A stretch of 59,113 nucleotides of DNA, filler included, from Stramenopiles sp. TOSAG23-3 (taxonomy: Eukaryota), in NCBI GenBank assembly GCA_900128585.1. It is 6 parts of 6 records of this genome, joined end to end, with 100 filler letters (N's around TTAATTAATTAA, not from the genome) between each part and the next. Parts side by side here need not be neighbours in the genome. Positions count along the whole stretch, not along the records: positions 1 to 17,664 come from LT642443.1; positions 17,765 to 35,425 come from LT642444.1; 4 more parts are not named here. One strand, 5' to 3'. How positions within the stretch are numbered: the first letter of the stretch is position 1; each line of letters starts with the position of its first letter. The notes below the pieces were generated by a model. It was not told the DNA's origin, made no database searches, and worked only from the letters and a program-made list of their open reading frames with translations. The position numbers and the translations under genes are program-made. Positions 11,793-23,099 of the stretch are shown in pieces.

Positions 11793-13562
11793 TTATATAT
11801 ACATAACAAGATTATCTTCTTGAGAATGTTCGGAATCATTCGTTAAAAAATCCAAATCATCGTAAGAGACGGACATTCTATGGGCCAAGCTGTTGCGACC
11901 ATCGCTTGGTTTTGTTGGTTGCAATGGTACCATAGACGGCGGAGGGGGGGCAAACAGCGTTTCTTCCATCGCTGCTGGAGCAGTGGTGGTGTCGATTAAA
12001 ACTTCCGTGTCCTGGGGTGGCGGCTCGTTTTCTGGGGGTTCTTGGTAACGGGGCAACGGTGCACACTTGTCGCTAGACTTTCGTTTCGGGAACAAGTTCC
12101 TCGCTCTCTCCATTGCATTTAGGGACGCTCGGCGAAGCCGCGACTCTTTCGCAGCCTTGTCGCTTTTGTCCCCAAAGATAATCAACCCGTCCAAATTCGT
12201 TTCCACTTCCCGATCTATGATAAAGTTTAACTGGGCTAAAATGCTATCAAAAACAAACACCTCGTGCGTCGAAAACAAAAAGAAACCGTTGGCGTCTTCG
12301 TTCACCTGGAAACAGAATCGCTCGTTTTTTCCCCCGATAAAGTTGGGGTTTGGGTCGTCCACTGGGGCCACCGCACTGTCGCATGTAACGTGGATTGTAT
12401 GTACAACATCAGACGATACGTGGTGCGCGAACAGTACCTTCATTTTCTCGTCCAAAACAACTTCGCATTTCGTCCATTTATATTCTACAGGGTTCCAAAA
12501 CTGCAGCATGTGCCGTGCGACAGGTCCCGTGTTCCCTAACGATGGCCCAGGCAGAACAAATGTTTCTTTGTCTGCTGCAACGTTAGACTCCGCGCTTACC
12601 CCGTCACTTCCACTGCGTGAGGTCATTAGTGTACTTGTAGCCATGTTCTTTGTATTAGCGCTCCCGGTTGCGGACGCTAGGTGCGCGGGTTGAAGTATAC
12701 TTTTCTTCCTGGCGTCGGTGGCCAGCATCGTCATCGCATCACGGATTTCTTTGGCTTCGGATGAGGTGAGTGTCTTTTTGTTCAAAAGACCTGAAATACC
12801 AGAATTCTGGGATTTTGAAGAATCATCTCGGCGCGGTTCCGATTGAAACTTCCCTAAAAAGTTTCCAGGCACGAGCCCGACTTGTTTGCTTCCAACGTGT
12901 TCTACCAAATACCACCCGTCCTCTTGTTCTTCTATGACTTCCACTTTATCTCCCCGAGATATGCTCAGCTCGTCTTTTTCTTTCGCCTGGTACGCAAACA
13001 TTGCCGCAAGCCGCTTTCGTTGGGGGGCTATCGTCCCCGCACTTTCGTTAAACTTTGCCATTATCCCGGCAACCAAAGGGTTGGTGGTGTCGTCGGTACG
13101 GGCTTCTTGAGAGAAAATACCACCACTTGGCCCAGGCTGAGTTTCCGCTGCACGTGCTGCTATGTACGATGCAATAGCACTATCCTTCGAGATACCTTCC
13201 CATGGGCTGGCCATCTTATTTTCGTTGTCGTTTGGCTTTGAGAAAATCTTTTCTCTTACGCTGTGGAACACGGTCGTTTTCTTCATAACCTGCTTCACCT
13301 TTGCTCTTTCTGCCTCCGTTATGCTTTCCTTTTTCAAGACTTTTGTTACAAAGCAGAGCTGGTCCAAAAATGCAGAACGCACCATCATTTGTTTGACTTC
13401 GGCAACATCCTTTGGGTCTAGAGACTTTCTTCTCAACGTATCCGCAAGTACCACATTATCAGTCGGCTGCGGTGCCGCCGGCGCAGGGCCGCCCACGGTA
13501 TTACCGCGCTTGCGGTAGAATCGCTTAAAAAAACGGTTCACTCGTGGAGGCTCGTCCGCCAT
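11793..13562 (-). CDS. SH3-domain protein with probable PH-like domain and Pro-rich tail
   Basis: AMFAYQAKEKDELSISRGDKVEVIEEQEDGWYLV..VGLVPGNFL is an SH3 domain. The downstream beta-rich segment ending in a helix resembles a PH domain. First ATG is at 13562. Confidence 0.85.
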   Translation of the reverse strand: MADEPPRVNRFFKRFYRKRGNTVGGPAPAAPQPTDNVVLADTLRRKSLDPKDVAEVKQMMVRSAFLDQLCFVTKVLKKESITEAERAKVKQVMKKTTVFHSVREKIFSKPNDNENKMASPWEGISKDSAIASYIAARAAETQPGPSGGIFSQEARTDDTTNPLVAGIMAKFNESAGTIAPQRKRLAAMFAYQAKEKDELSISRGDKVEVIEEQEDGWYLVEHVGSKQVGLVPGNFLGKFQSEPRRDDSSKSQNSGISGLLNKKTLTSSEAKEIRDAMTMLATDARKKSILQPAHLASATGSANTKNMATSTLMTSRSGSDGVSAESNVAADKETFVLPGPSLGNTGPVARHMLQFWNPVEYKWTKCEVVLDEKMKVLFAHHVSSDVVHTIHVTCDSAVAPVDDPNPNFIGGKNERFCFQVNEDANGFFLFSTHEVFVFDSILAQLNFIIDREVETNLDGLIIFGDKSDKAAKESRLRRASLNAMERARNLFPKRKSSDKCAPLPRYQEPPENEPPPQDTEVLIDTTTAPAAMEETLFAPPPPSMVPLQPTKPSDGRNSLAHRMSVSYDDLDFLTNDSEHSQEDNLVMYI

Positions 13563-13951
13563 ATCTGCCACGCGCTATTTGTATTTGCGTTGTTACTATA
13601 CAGTAGCAATCGACTTTATGCCTAACTCATCCGTGACTCTTGCAATTTCCCCTTTCTTAGGCAATCTATGTATATACGTTTTAATGATAAAATTGAAGAA
13701 ATGTCAAACTTGTAAATTCTTTTTCTTTCTTTTTACTGTTGAACGATCGAGATTGAGATGTACACATTTTATTAGCTGACGACAGTTATTATTATTATAT
13801 AATAATAATTAATAATATGTACTGTAATAAAAAAAATATATTTTTTTTTTATTTAAAAAAAAGAAGAAGAACAACGAAGAAAGAAAAAAAAAAAAAGAAC
13901 GGAAGAGAAAGAAGAAAAAAAGAAAAGAGAAAAAAAAAGGGAGGATGAGAG

Positions 13952-14050
13952 GAAGAAGAAGAAGAAGAAGAAGAAGAAGAAGAAGAAGAAGAAGAAGAAG
14001 AAGAAGAAGAAGAAGAAGAAGAAGAAAGAAGAAGAAGGAAGAAGAAGAAG
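13952..14050. repeat. (GAA)n microsatellite / polypurine tract
   Basis: Long run of GAA units seen directly. Confidence 0.95.
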
Positions 14051-14533
14051 AAAAAAGAAGATCGATGATGATGATGAGATGAGATGATGATCCGGATTAA
14101 TATAATACTACTACAGCAGAAGAAATGATCCGTTTTTTAGTTCCCATTATTTTCACCTGTTAAATAATAAAATAACTGTTCCTTTGCAATTGCATCGATC
14201 ATTACACATCATTGATGTTGAGGTGGTTGAAGCAGTTGTTTTAATTATTAAGAATGACGAAGGTTCTTCTTTTGTTGTTGTTGTTGTGATGATTAATTAT
14301 TTGGAATTCTTCTTCTTTCCTTCTCCGTGTGTCCTGTTATATTATTATTATTAATTAATATATTATAATATATCATCGTCGTCATATGAGTTGAGTAGAC
14401 GTGAGTGCAGAGGTTGTTACGTTGAGTTACACATTTTGTTATATATATTCTACAAAACGAGGAAACAGCAATCCTGTAGACACAGTAACAATTGTGTTTG
14501 CTGGCAATTAACGGAATTGGTTGCGCTATCACA

Positions 14534-15949
14534 ATGACGACTATGGAAGCCTTTTCCCCCAGCCCGTTTGTGCGGGTGGGGGTGCCTATGCCGTTCGAAC
14601 GCCAAGGGCTGTACCAGAGGTTGTCCACGCCGACCCTACCGAGAAGCATCACTGCCAATACTTTCCGTGCTGACATGCGCAGCACATTGCAAAAGTCTAA
14701 GTCAAGGAGGGAGTTTCGAGAAGAAATGAAGGCAGCAGGGAAGCGAATGAAGAGAAAGCAAGGGCCAGGTGGCATTTCACTCACCAAGAGCGACTCGTTC
14801 CTTGGCTACCCCCTGTGCACACCCATAAAGACGATGAAAAAGAAGAGGAGCGAGCCCTTGATCCCGCCTACTACAGCGGCTCGGCCAAAGCTGCAACGAG
14901 ACTTAAATTTTGTTACAAACCATACTGGTGCTCCGCATATGGGCGCCCTCGACCGGACGAAACCCCCAAACACGCACGATCAGGCGTACGGGTTCTGGAA
15001 AGAGCAGGAAGCAATTATCTTAGGCGGGATAAGGGAGGCTCGGTCGAAACTAGTGATCGACGAGCACAAGAAGGAGGCGTTGGCGAGGGAGGGCTCTCGC
15101 AAAGCGAATGAGACGAAGCTAAAGCACGCTGCAATTATAGAAAAGATCAGGTTGAGAAACATGGCGCGAAGGAGTCTGAAGGACAGGATGGCATCGAAAC
15201 AGAAAGAAAAGTTAAAGAAAGATAAACTTGCCCGAACACGGCGGCGCATGGACAAAAAGAAGTTCAGCGGTCGAAAGAACCCCCACTGCCGCCAGAAAGC
15301 TCCCGAAGAGTCCCCTGGTCCTGGGGATTACGACCCCGTCCAATCGTTCAACTTTGATACGATGCGGCCTGTAACTGCGTCCTTTAAGTCTACCAGAACC
15401 AAGTACCCTATTTATCCTTTCTCGTTCAGCAAGCGGGAGCGGTTTGGCAAAGACGTGTACCAAGAAAGCGATGTGCCCGGCCCCGGGGCGTACGAGGAAG
15501 TCAACCCCCGCGACATCGCCCAGGTCCTTCGCGTGTTGCCTGTTCCGGACAAAACCAACCCCAACGGGGACAAAACAAGGTTTCGTGGTTCTATCATACA
15601 GTACTTAGGTCCACGAATTAGCGGTGATGCGTACAAGCCTTCCCCAAAAGGCTGGCTGTACGCCTCCCATGACCATGCCCTTGGTGCCAGCATGCCCGGG
15701 CCGAACAAGTACCTGATCAATGACGAGGCAGTCCGCCCGGGCACCTGCTGCGGGCGCATATCGACCGCTTACCCTTTGGGAGAAATAGACATTATAACCA
15801 ACCGCGCATCGAAAATGCCAGGGCCTGCAGAGTATAAAATAAATGACAATGCTATACGGAGGTCCCCCTCTTTTCGGATTTCGACTGCGAAGCCCATGGG
15901 GTACCTCGACTGGGCGGTGAAACGGAGCAAAGAAATCCCTGGGCCTTAA
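14534..15949 (+). CDS. Sperm-tail PG-rich repeat (SHIPPO/ODF3-like) axonemal protein
   Basis: Repeated PGPGDY, PGPGAY, PGPNKY, PGPAEY motifs with basic spacers; first ATG at 14534. Confidence 0.8.
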   Translation: MTTMEAFSPSPFVRVGVPMPFERQGLYQRLSTPTLPRSITANTFRADMRSTLQKSKSRREFREEMKAAGKRMKRKQGPGGISLTKSDSFLGYPLCTPIKTMKKKRSEPLIPPTTAARPKLQRDLNFVTNHTGAPHMGALDRTKPPNTHDQAYGFWKEQEAIILGGIREARSKLVIDEHKKEALAREGSRKANETKLKHAAIIEKIRLRNMARRSLKDRMASKQKEKLKKDKLARTRRRMDKKKFSGRKNPHCRQKAPEESPGPGDYDPVQSFNFDTMRPVTASFKSTRTKYPIYPFSFSKRERFGKDVYQESDVPGPGAYEEVNPRDIAQVLRVLPVPDKTNPNGDKTRFRGSIIQYLGPRISGDAYKPSPKGWLYASHDHALGASMPGPNKYLINDEAVRPGTCCGRISTAYPLGEIDIITNRASKMPGPAEYKINDNAIRRSPSFRISTAKPMGYLDWAVKRSKEIPGP

Positions 15950-16863
15950 TCAAGTTTTCAAAAAAGCTTGAAATGGTAATTTTCGTGACAACAACAGGCG
16001 TATTATATAATCCTATCAGCCAGAAAATACGGTTCCTCGTAGTCGGTATAATACAACATCATAGTCTAATTATTTAAATAAACTGAATTCGCAGGTTTTT
16101 CTCTCCCATTTGATAGACTTTTAAAAATATAGAATAAAAATAAAAATAATATTATAGAACAACTAAGATTTCTTACATTTAACAACAACAAAGAAAATTC
16201 CTATGAAAGTTGGGCTTTGATTTGGCAGAAAACCGGGCGTGATTTGTTTAGCTATATTACGGAAAATCCTATGAAGTAGCATATTACTACTTTCTAGCAC
16301 CTTTATTATATAAGGTTCTATAGTATTACTATTAGCTTATAATATTCCATAGCTACTCGATGCTGTGTGGTGTACCTTTCTTTTTTAATGTCGTCGGTTT
16401 TATATTTTTTATTCTTGATGCTGTGTGGTTTAATGTTTCCTTCGTGAGGCCCAACCTGGGATGGTTGTTACTACAACAATATTTAATATGATCACAGCAA
16501 ATGAAAAGAAAAAAGAGGGGAAAAAAGAGGGGAAAAAAGTGGAAGAATTAGAAAAATAATAAAATAATAAATTATTATTTTTTATTATTGAATGAAAACT
16601 TATTGAACGATGGAAGTGACGGGAACGGACGAGACAGATTGATGGAATTTGATATGCGTGAATGAAAAGGTAGAAGAAGTTGGAACATATTCTTCTTTCT
16701 GGGGTATCGATTGATATAGTTTCTGCATTGATAATTCAGTTAGGCAAGAGTATATAATAATAAAAAAAAAGAAGAAGAAGAAGAGGGGTCGAGATAAAAG
16801 GTCAATCAAGTATTTTGTACCAAACAGTATTTAAATAAATAAAAGAGAAATGGTTAATTGGAC

Positions 16864-17028
16864 TACGTATAGTATAGTACCGGTATAATTTGTGGAAAGG
16901 TGGGAAGCTGAAAACTATTCCTGTACTGTGTTGATGTATTCCACATCAGCTGCGGGCGACCATTCCGGTCGTCGGTACAAACAGGTAGGGTACCTCCTAC
17001 CTTACCGGCGGTATTATATTATTACGTA
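16864..17028 (+). ncRNA. Candidate structured RNA element (closing stem plus three hairpins)
   Basis: Folded by hand: 16864-16882 pairs with 17009-17028; hairpins at 16930-16950 and 16955-16973 both have an ATTCC loop; a third hairpin lies at 16983-17002. Confidence 0.3.
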
Positions 17029-17305
17029 TAGTAGTAGTCGTCGATTGTTGGAAGAACGATTTACAATTAAATTATTAGTCCAACTAATTACAAATTTAAA
17101 TTTCGAAATTGAAAATTTTAAGAAGCAATAATGGTCTTGTAGACTTGCCAGTAAGTCACAATAAGTATGTTGTTGAATTAGAATGACCATTTTACCCCCC
17201 CCTTAATATTTTAACTGCTGTAACTCGTCGAAACGTTAAAAGCTCGTAAATTCCGTCGATTCAACAGATCAACTCAAACACAACAGCCTATCGGAAGACA
17301 TCGGC

Positions 17306-17664
17306 ATGGTGCGAACAACTTTATTCATATTCTTCTCGGCGTTTATTTTGCTGTTCTTAGTGCTGCCGAAGGGAGAGTGCGCGGTTTATACACCAAGTGG
17401 AACGCATTATTGTAAGGGGTATACAAATAAATGCAAACATTGGGGGTGTTGCAATAGACACGACTATGATCAAGATGTCTGGGCAGGGTTCGCAACGTGC
17501 GCAGATCCAACCAAGGGATGTTGCGACGAACGTTGCGGCCATTATTTTTGCACAACACCTTGTGCAACGGGTGACCAATGCATTTTTAACAATGTATGTT
17601 ATAACCCAACTTCCGGAGACGTCAGTGGGGAAGGTAATGTTCCTCAAATGCACAATTATTGCAC
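17306..17664 (+). CDS. Secreted cysteine-rich protein, 3'-partial (contig end)
   Basis: Signal peptide MVRTTLFIFFSAFILLFLVLPKGECA followed by densely spaced Cys; runs into the linker. Confidence 0.75.
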
Positions 17665-17764
17665 NNNNNNNNNNNNNNNNNNNNNNNNNNNNNNNNNNNN
17701 NNNNNNNNTTAATTAATTAANNNNNNNNNNNNNNNNNNNNNNNNNNNNNNNNNNNNNNNNNNNN
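17665..17764. other. Artificial contig-joining linker
   Basis: N44-TTAATTAATTAA-N44 (stops in all six frames). Confidence 0.98.
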
Positions 17765-17765
17765 G

Positions 17766-17843
17766 CGCCACTTTGCCAACAAGGACGCGCTGGACAGGCA
17801 CAAAAAGACGAAGGTGTTCAAAAAGCGGTTGAAAAAGCTACGA
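17766..17843 (+). CDS. Fragment of ZNF593/Bud20-like C2H2 zinc-finger protein (not in ORF track)
   Basis: Translates to RHFANKDALDRHKKTKVFKKRLKKLR, resembling the Bud20/ZNF593 R[HY]F....L..H.ktK.HK.RLK.L motif; runs into a poly-A/GAA tract. Confidence 0.6.
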
Positions 17844-18538
17844 AAAAAAAAAAAAAAAAAAAAGAAAGAAAAAAGAAAAAAAAGGAAGAAGAAAGAGAAA
17901 AAAGAAGAAGAAGGAAGAACGAAAAAAAAAAAAGAAAAAAAAAAAAAGAAGAAGAAGAAGAAGAACGAAAAAAAAAAGAAGTAAGAAGAAAAGAAGAAAA
18001 GAAGAAGAAAAAGAAAAGAAGAAGAAAAAAAAAAGAAGAAGAAGAAGAGAGAGAAGAAGAGGAGGGGAAAAAAATATTATTTTTTATCCGTAATACCGTA
18101 GTGTAAAGAAGAAGTACGGTACTACTACTATTAAAAATACCTCTTTTTTTTTTCTTCTTCTTCTTCTTTATTCTTATTAAAAACATTTTTAAAAAATAAA
18201 ATAATAAATAATTTATGGTGTCTTCTTCCTCCTCCTCTTCTTCTTCTCCTACCTTCTTTTTTTTCTTAGTAGTACCGTAGTAGAGGAGGAGAGAGGAGGA
18301 GTATTTTTTATATTTTTTTATTATTATTATTATTAAATAAATATAACAACTGTTTTTTTGTTTTTATTACTTTTTTTTATTTTAAAACAAATAATCATCA
18401 AGAAGAATTGATTAAAAAGGAAAGGAAGCAGATTTTCATACTTTTGACGGCTTCTTATGGACTTTACGGAACCGGTGTAGAGTTTTAAAAAACTGAGTGT
18501 TATCGTGTACTGAAAGCGACACCACCGAAGCGTTTAAG

Positions 18539-19345
18539 ATGACACGCTATGGACAGTTCATCATGGGCCCGGCGGGGGTTGGAAAGTCGACCTATTGTAA
18601 ATTTATACAGACGCACGCGAGCGTGGTAAAACGCTCCGTTAGTATTATTAACTTAGACCCAGCTGCCGAGAACTTTGGTTATGATGTGGCTGTGGACATT
18701 CGCGACTTAATTTCGGTGGAAGATGCGATGGAAGAGTGCAAGCTTGGGCCGAACGGGGGCCTGTTGTTTTGTATGGAGTACCTTGCCAATAACCTGGCCT
18801 GGTTGGAGAACGAACTAGAGCAGTTCGGGAGCGACTGTTACTTTTTGTTTGATTGCCCGGGGCAAATTGAATTGTTCAGCCACGTGCCGGTGATGAAACG
18901 AATTCTCCATTTCATTGGCCAGGCGTGCGACATCAAGATGTGTGGCGTGTATTTAATTGATGCACTTTTTGCGGACGATGCGGCAAAGTTTTTGTCGGGG
19001 ACCATGTGTGCCTTGTCCTCCATGGCGTCGTTGGAATTGCCGCACATTAATGTTATCACGAAGTGCGACCTAGTCCCTAAGGAACAGCTGGAGGCATTCT
19101 TGTACCCGGAGAAGAACATTTTGCTTGCGCTGTTGAACCAGAGCATGACGAACAGGTACGCTGGCCTGAACGAGGCAATAGCGAGCCTTATCGAGGAGTA
19201 CAACATGGTAAGTTTTGTTGCGATGAACATAGAAGACGAGGAGAGTGTGGAGAACGTTTTTAGCCACTGTGACTTTGCCTTGCAATACGGGGAGGACTTG
19301 GAACCCAAGGAGCCGAAAGACATGGAGGCGGAGGAACGGGACTGA
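18539..19345 (+). CDS. GPN3: GPN-loop GTPase 3
   Basis: GPAGVGKST P-loop, NLDPAAE, LGPNGGL, DCPGQIEL, C-terminal QYGEDLEPKEP; ATG at 18539. Confidence 0.95.
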   Translation: MTRYGQFIMGPAGVGKSTYCKFIQTHASVVKRSVSIINLDPAAENFGYDVAVDIRDLISVEDAMEECKLGPNGGLLFCMEYLANNLAWLENELEQFGSDCYFLFDCPGQIELFSHVPVMKRILHFIGQACDIKMCGVYLIDALFADDAAKFLSGTMCALSSMASLELPHINVITKCDLVPKEQLEAFLYPEKNILLALLNQSMTNRYAGLNEAIASLIEEYNMVSFVAMNIEDEESVENVFSHCDFALQYGEDLEPKEPKDMEAEERD

Positions 19346-19509
19346 GCAGGAGTACAAGACCCCGTCTTGTATATTTTTAAGTGGGTGGTAGAAGTTAAGT
19401 GCGAACCAGGAAATATCTTCATCTTTTATAGACCATTTTTTGTGAGAATAAAATAACACTTTGTACTTCGTACTCGTAACACTACATCGCCCTTTTTCAT
19501 TACGTCTCG

Positions 19510-19635
19510 TATACGATATGAAATGATGATAATAGTACTTCGTAAAACAAATTATATAGTATAGTACTTCGTTATACGATATGAAATGATGATAATAGTA
19601 CTTCGTAAAACAAATTATATAGTATAGTACTTCGT
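19510..19635. repeat. Perfect 63-bp tandem duplication between convergent genes
   Basis: tatacgatatgaaatgatgataatagtacttcgtaaaacaaattatatagtatagtacttcgt at 19510-19572 and 19573-19635. Confidence 0.95.
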
Positions 19636-19656
19636 AAAAGGTAAACATTGTAACGA

Positions 19657-20298
19657 TTATTCGCCGCCTCCAGAAGCACCACTTGATCCCAGCAGCATTT
19701 CTTTGGCTTCGTTAATCTTCGTTGCAACAAACGTCGACCCGCCCGTGTCCGGGTGGTTCAACATAAGAACGCGCCGGTGTGCCTCCCGGATGCGCTCCTT
19801 TGACGCACTTTCGCGAACCCCTAGAATCAACGCCGCTTCCCTCTTCGTCATTTCTGGCTCAAACGCCCCTTTGTAAAAATTCTTGCCCCCGCTCGATTCA
19901 GGGATATTCTGCTCCATTTTCGCATTCTTTTCAGACTTTGCAGCGGCCTGATCTGCAACCCAACCGATGCCTAAAATAGCAGTTGCTGCCCCCATGCCAT
20001 AGATCAAGAAATTCTCGCGCTGCGCCGTTACGTGGAAGGAGCGTGACAGCACTAACGTCGAGCCGCGGCTGTGGCCGTCCAACGCGACTAGAAACGGCGC
20101 GCCGGATATGAAGGCACCGTCTTCTTTCTCCTCCGACGCCGATCCGTGCACAAGAAACGATGTACGCTGCGACGGGTTGTAGCACGCCCCAAACAAGGCA
20201 CGCCGCGCGCAACGCACTGTGTTCTGCCGGGCCCGACCGTTCCCCAAGGCACGGCCCACGACCGCAGCACGCTGCGAGAACAGCTGTCTAAGTGCCAT
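19657..20298 (-). CDS. PAM18: Mitochondrial import motor J-protein Pam18/Tim14
   Basis: FYKGAFEPEMTKREAALILGV..AHRRVLMLNHPDTGGSTFVATKINEAK, with a TM segment and Arg-rich presequence. Confidence 0.93.
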   Translation of the reverse strand: MALRQLFSQRAAVVGRALGNGRARQNTVRCARRALFGACYNPSQRTSFLVHGSASEEKEDGAFISGAPFLVALDGHSRGSTLVLSRSFHVTAQRENFLIYGMGAATAILGIGWVADQAAAKSEKNAKMEQNIPESSGGKNFYKGAFEPEMTKREAALILGVRESASKERIREAHRRVLMLNHPDTGGSTFVATKINEAKEMLLGSSGASGGGE

Positions 20299-21480
20299 TC
20301 CTCAGTCGAATCACTTCTCGTGTTCTACTTTAACTTTTGGTAAAACAAAGAAGGAAAGAACAAAGTACACTAGAGTGATTATGTGCGTACAGAAGAGTGA
20401 AAGCATTCAGTAAATGGCTATTAAGTATATACATATTGTTCTGTCTTCTCTATAGTATTTATTTATTATTATACACCACATTCACAATCCTTTCTTTCTT
20501 TTTCGCTTATTTTATTATTAATAATAAATACTCTTTTGGTTGTGGGTTGTTGGTTGTTGTACTTTCTTCTTCTTTCTTCTTCTTTCTTCTTCTTTCTTCT
20601 TCTTTCTTCTTCTTATTTTTTTTAATTTTATAATTTTTTATTATATGGCCTATTAATAATAATAACGAATGGAGGAAGGAGCTCACAAGAAGAAGAAGAA
20701 GAAGAAAGAAGCAACAAGACAACAAGGTGTGGCATATTGCATGTGGCATTTATTAAATCCATCGCACCCACATTATTTAATACTTCGTATCATCAAAAGC
20801 TATCATCGGTCCGTCCATCCAAATTGAAAAAAATGTACAATATTTATAATTAAATTATTTCTTCTTCTTCTTCTTCCTCTTTTCTTTTCTTCCTTCTTCC
20901 TGTTTTACGAGGAGCGAGGAGTCTATATAAATAAATAATGATTCTTCCTATAATAAAGATAGAAGCTAGAACGACTAACTACAATTATTTATAATTACTT
21001 ATAAATACTATTCGATATTTTTTTATATTAAATAATAAGAAGAAGCAAAGAAGTGCAAAAAATAAGAAGGAAATCTTTTTTTTTAATTATATACTTAATT
21101 GATTATATTGTATATACTTTTTTATTATTTGATAGAAGAAACAAATGTTGATTTTACTAATTTCTAAGGAAAACAATTATAGTCTACACAGCACTGCTGT
21201 ATAAAATAATAATAATAATAATAATTTTTATTATTGTATTTTATACAGTAATAATAATAGTAATATTTTTTATTATTATTATTTATTTATTATTATTATG
21301 AATTAGTATTAATTGAAGTAAAGATATTAAAAGACGAGTATGTTGACACGATAAGAATATTGTCAAAGAAGTAAATGAGCTTGTCCAATTTACAAAACAT
21401 CCAAAAATCATTCACAACACGCTCACAAGGAAGCAAAATATTCTTACGTTAAACAAGTTTACAATTCAAACAACGATACA

Positions 21481-22917
21481 ATGATGATGCGGAAGTTTGC
21501 AGGGGGGGCACGATCGGTGCTCTCGGCCACGGGGCATATCTGCCGTCGGGCGTTTGCGGCCGGTGCGGACGCTTCTGCGACCCCCCACGCGTCCTTGTCC
21601 CATGAGCAGATGGAACAGGACAAGCGGTACCAGGCGACAAACGATATCATATCATTTGATGACAAGTACACATCGGAGTACGACATCAAAGACGGTTTTC
21701 TGCCAGGGGTGGCGTCTTACTTGGACAACCAGGCGACTACGCCGACGGACCCCCGTGTCCTGGACGCCATGATACCTATGTACAGCCAACGCTTCGGAAA
21801 CCCCCACAGTCGCACCCACGAGTACGGCTGGGATGCGGAGCAGAGCGTTGAGACAGCCCGTGCCCACGTTGCGTCGGTCATCGGCGCAGACCCGAAGGAA
21901 ATCATCTTCACGTCCGGCGCGACGGAGTCCAACAACATGTCGGTCAAAGGCGTTGCTCGGTTTTACGGCGACCGAAAGAAGCACATCATCACCAGCCAAA
22001 CGGAGCACAAGTGCGTCTTGGACTCTTGCCGGCAACTTGAAACGGAAGGGTTCGAAGTCACGTACCTTCCGGTGAAAACGAACGGTTTGATCGATCTTCA
22101 AGATTTAGAGAATGCGTTTCGACCCGATACTAGTTTGGTAAGCATTATGGGGGTCCACAACGAGATTGGCGTCGTGCAACCCTTGAAGGAGATTGGAGAA
22201 ATGTGCCGTTCACGAAAGGTGTTCTTTCATACCGACGCGGCGCAAATGTTTGGAAAAATGCCCATGGACGTAGACGACATGAAAATCGATTTGATGTCCA
22301 TTAGTGGCCACAAAATTTACGGCCCGAAAGGCATCGGGGCGTTGTACGTGCGCCGGCGCCCTCGCGTTCGAATGGACCCTATCATGAGTGGTGGCGGCCA
22401 AGAAAGGGGGCTGCGCAGTGGCACTCTGGCGCCTCCCCTCTGTGTTGGGCTTGGGAAGGCCTGCGAAATCGCAAAGAACGACATGGAGAACGATTTTAAG
22501 TGGATATCCTACTTGTCAGAAAAGTTGTACAATGGAATCACCTCTCAGGTCGACGAAGTCATCCTGAACGGTGACAAAGAACACCGCTACCCGGGCAACC
22601 TGAACTTGTCGTTTGCGTACGTCGAGGGCGAGAGTATGCTGATGGCGATCAAGAACATTGCTGTCTCCAGTGGTAGCGCGTGCACCAGCGCGTCGCTAGA
22701 GCCTAGCTATGTGCTGCGCGCAATCGGCGTCGAAGAGGATCTTGCGCACACCTCGATTCGTTTTGGTATTGGCCGTTTCACCACGGAAGAGGAAATTGAT
22801 TTCGCGGTAGACTTGTGTGTCAAGCACGTGAACCGGTTGCGAGAAATGAGCCCGTTGTGGGAAATGGTGCAGGAAGGCGTCGACTTGAAGAGCATACAGT
22901 GGACCCAGGAGCATTAA
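21481..22917 (+). CDS. NFS1: Mitochondrial cysteine desulfurase
   Basis: [29 protein letters not shown] (PLP Lys), SSGSACTS (catalytic Cys), and an N-terminal presequence. Confidence 0.97.
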   Translation: MMMRKFAGGARSVLSATGHICRRAFAAGADASATPHASLSHEQMEQDKRYQATNDIISFDDKYTSEYDIKDGFLPGVASYLDNQATTPTDPRVLDAMIPMYSQRFGNPHSRTHEYGWDAEQSVETARAHVASVIGADPKEIIFTSGATESNNMSVKGVARFYGDRKKHIITSQTEHKCVLDSCRQLETEGFEVTYLPVKTNGLIDLQDLENAFRPDTSLVSIMGVHNEIGVVQPLKEIGEMCRSRKVFFHTDAAQMFGKMPMDVDDMKIDLMSISGHKIYGPKGIGALYVRRRPRVRMDPIMSGGGQERGLRSGTLAPPLCVGLGKACEIAKNDMENDFKWISYLSEKLYNGITSQVDEVILNGDKEHRYPGNLNLSFAYVEGESMLMAIKNIAVSSGSACTSASLEPSYVLRAIGVEEDLAHTSIRFGIGRFTTEEEIDFAVDLCVKHVNRLREMSPLWEMVQEGVDLKSIQWTQEH

Positions 22918-23099
22918 ATTTTGAAGCGCACACAAATTATTAAAGTAACGCTAAGAATTGGGAGAGGTGGCGAGAGATGGATGGCTGTCGATGTTCACAA
23001 TACACACTAATACGTTCACCGTTTAGGATAAAAAATGCAAAAGTAACTTTTTTTATTTTTTATATTTCTCCACTTAAGCGCACACATGGCTGCGCTCTT

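Noticed and set aside
17709-17720. Recurrent TTAATTAATTAA motif as a biological repeat or CRISPR-like element
   Set aside because: Always centred in N44 flanks; a synthetic six-frame stop linker.
17818-18186. Poly-F/S/K/E ORFs (also 5547, 9025, 9158, 20397, 35028, 35140, 57169)
   Set aside because: Translations of GAA/CTT and poly-A low-complexity tracts or N gaps.
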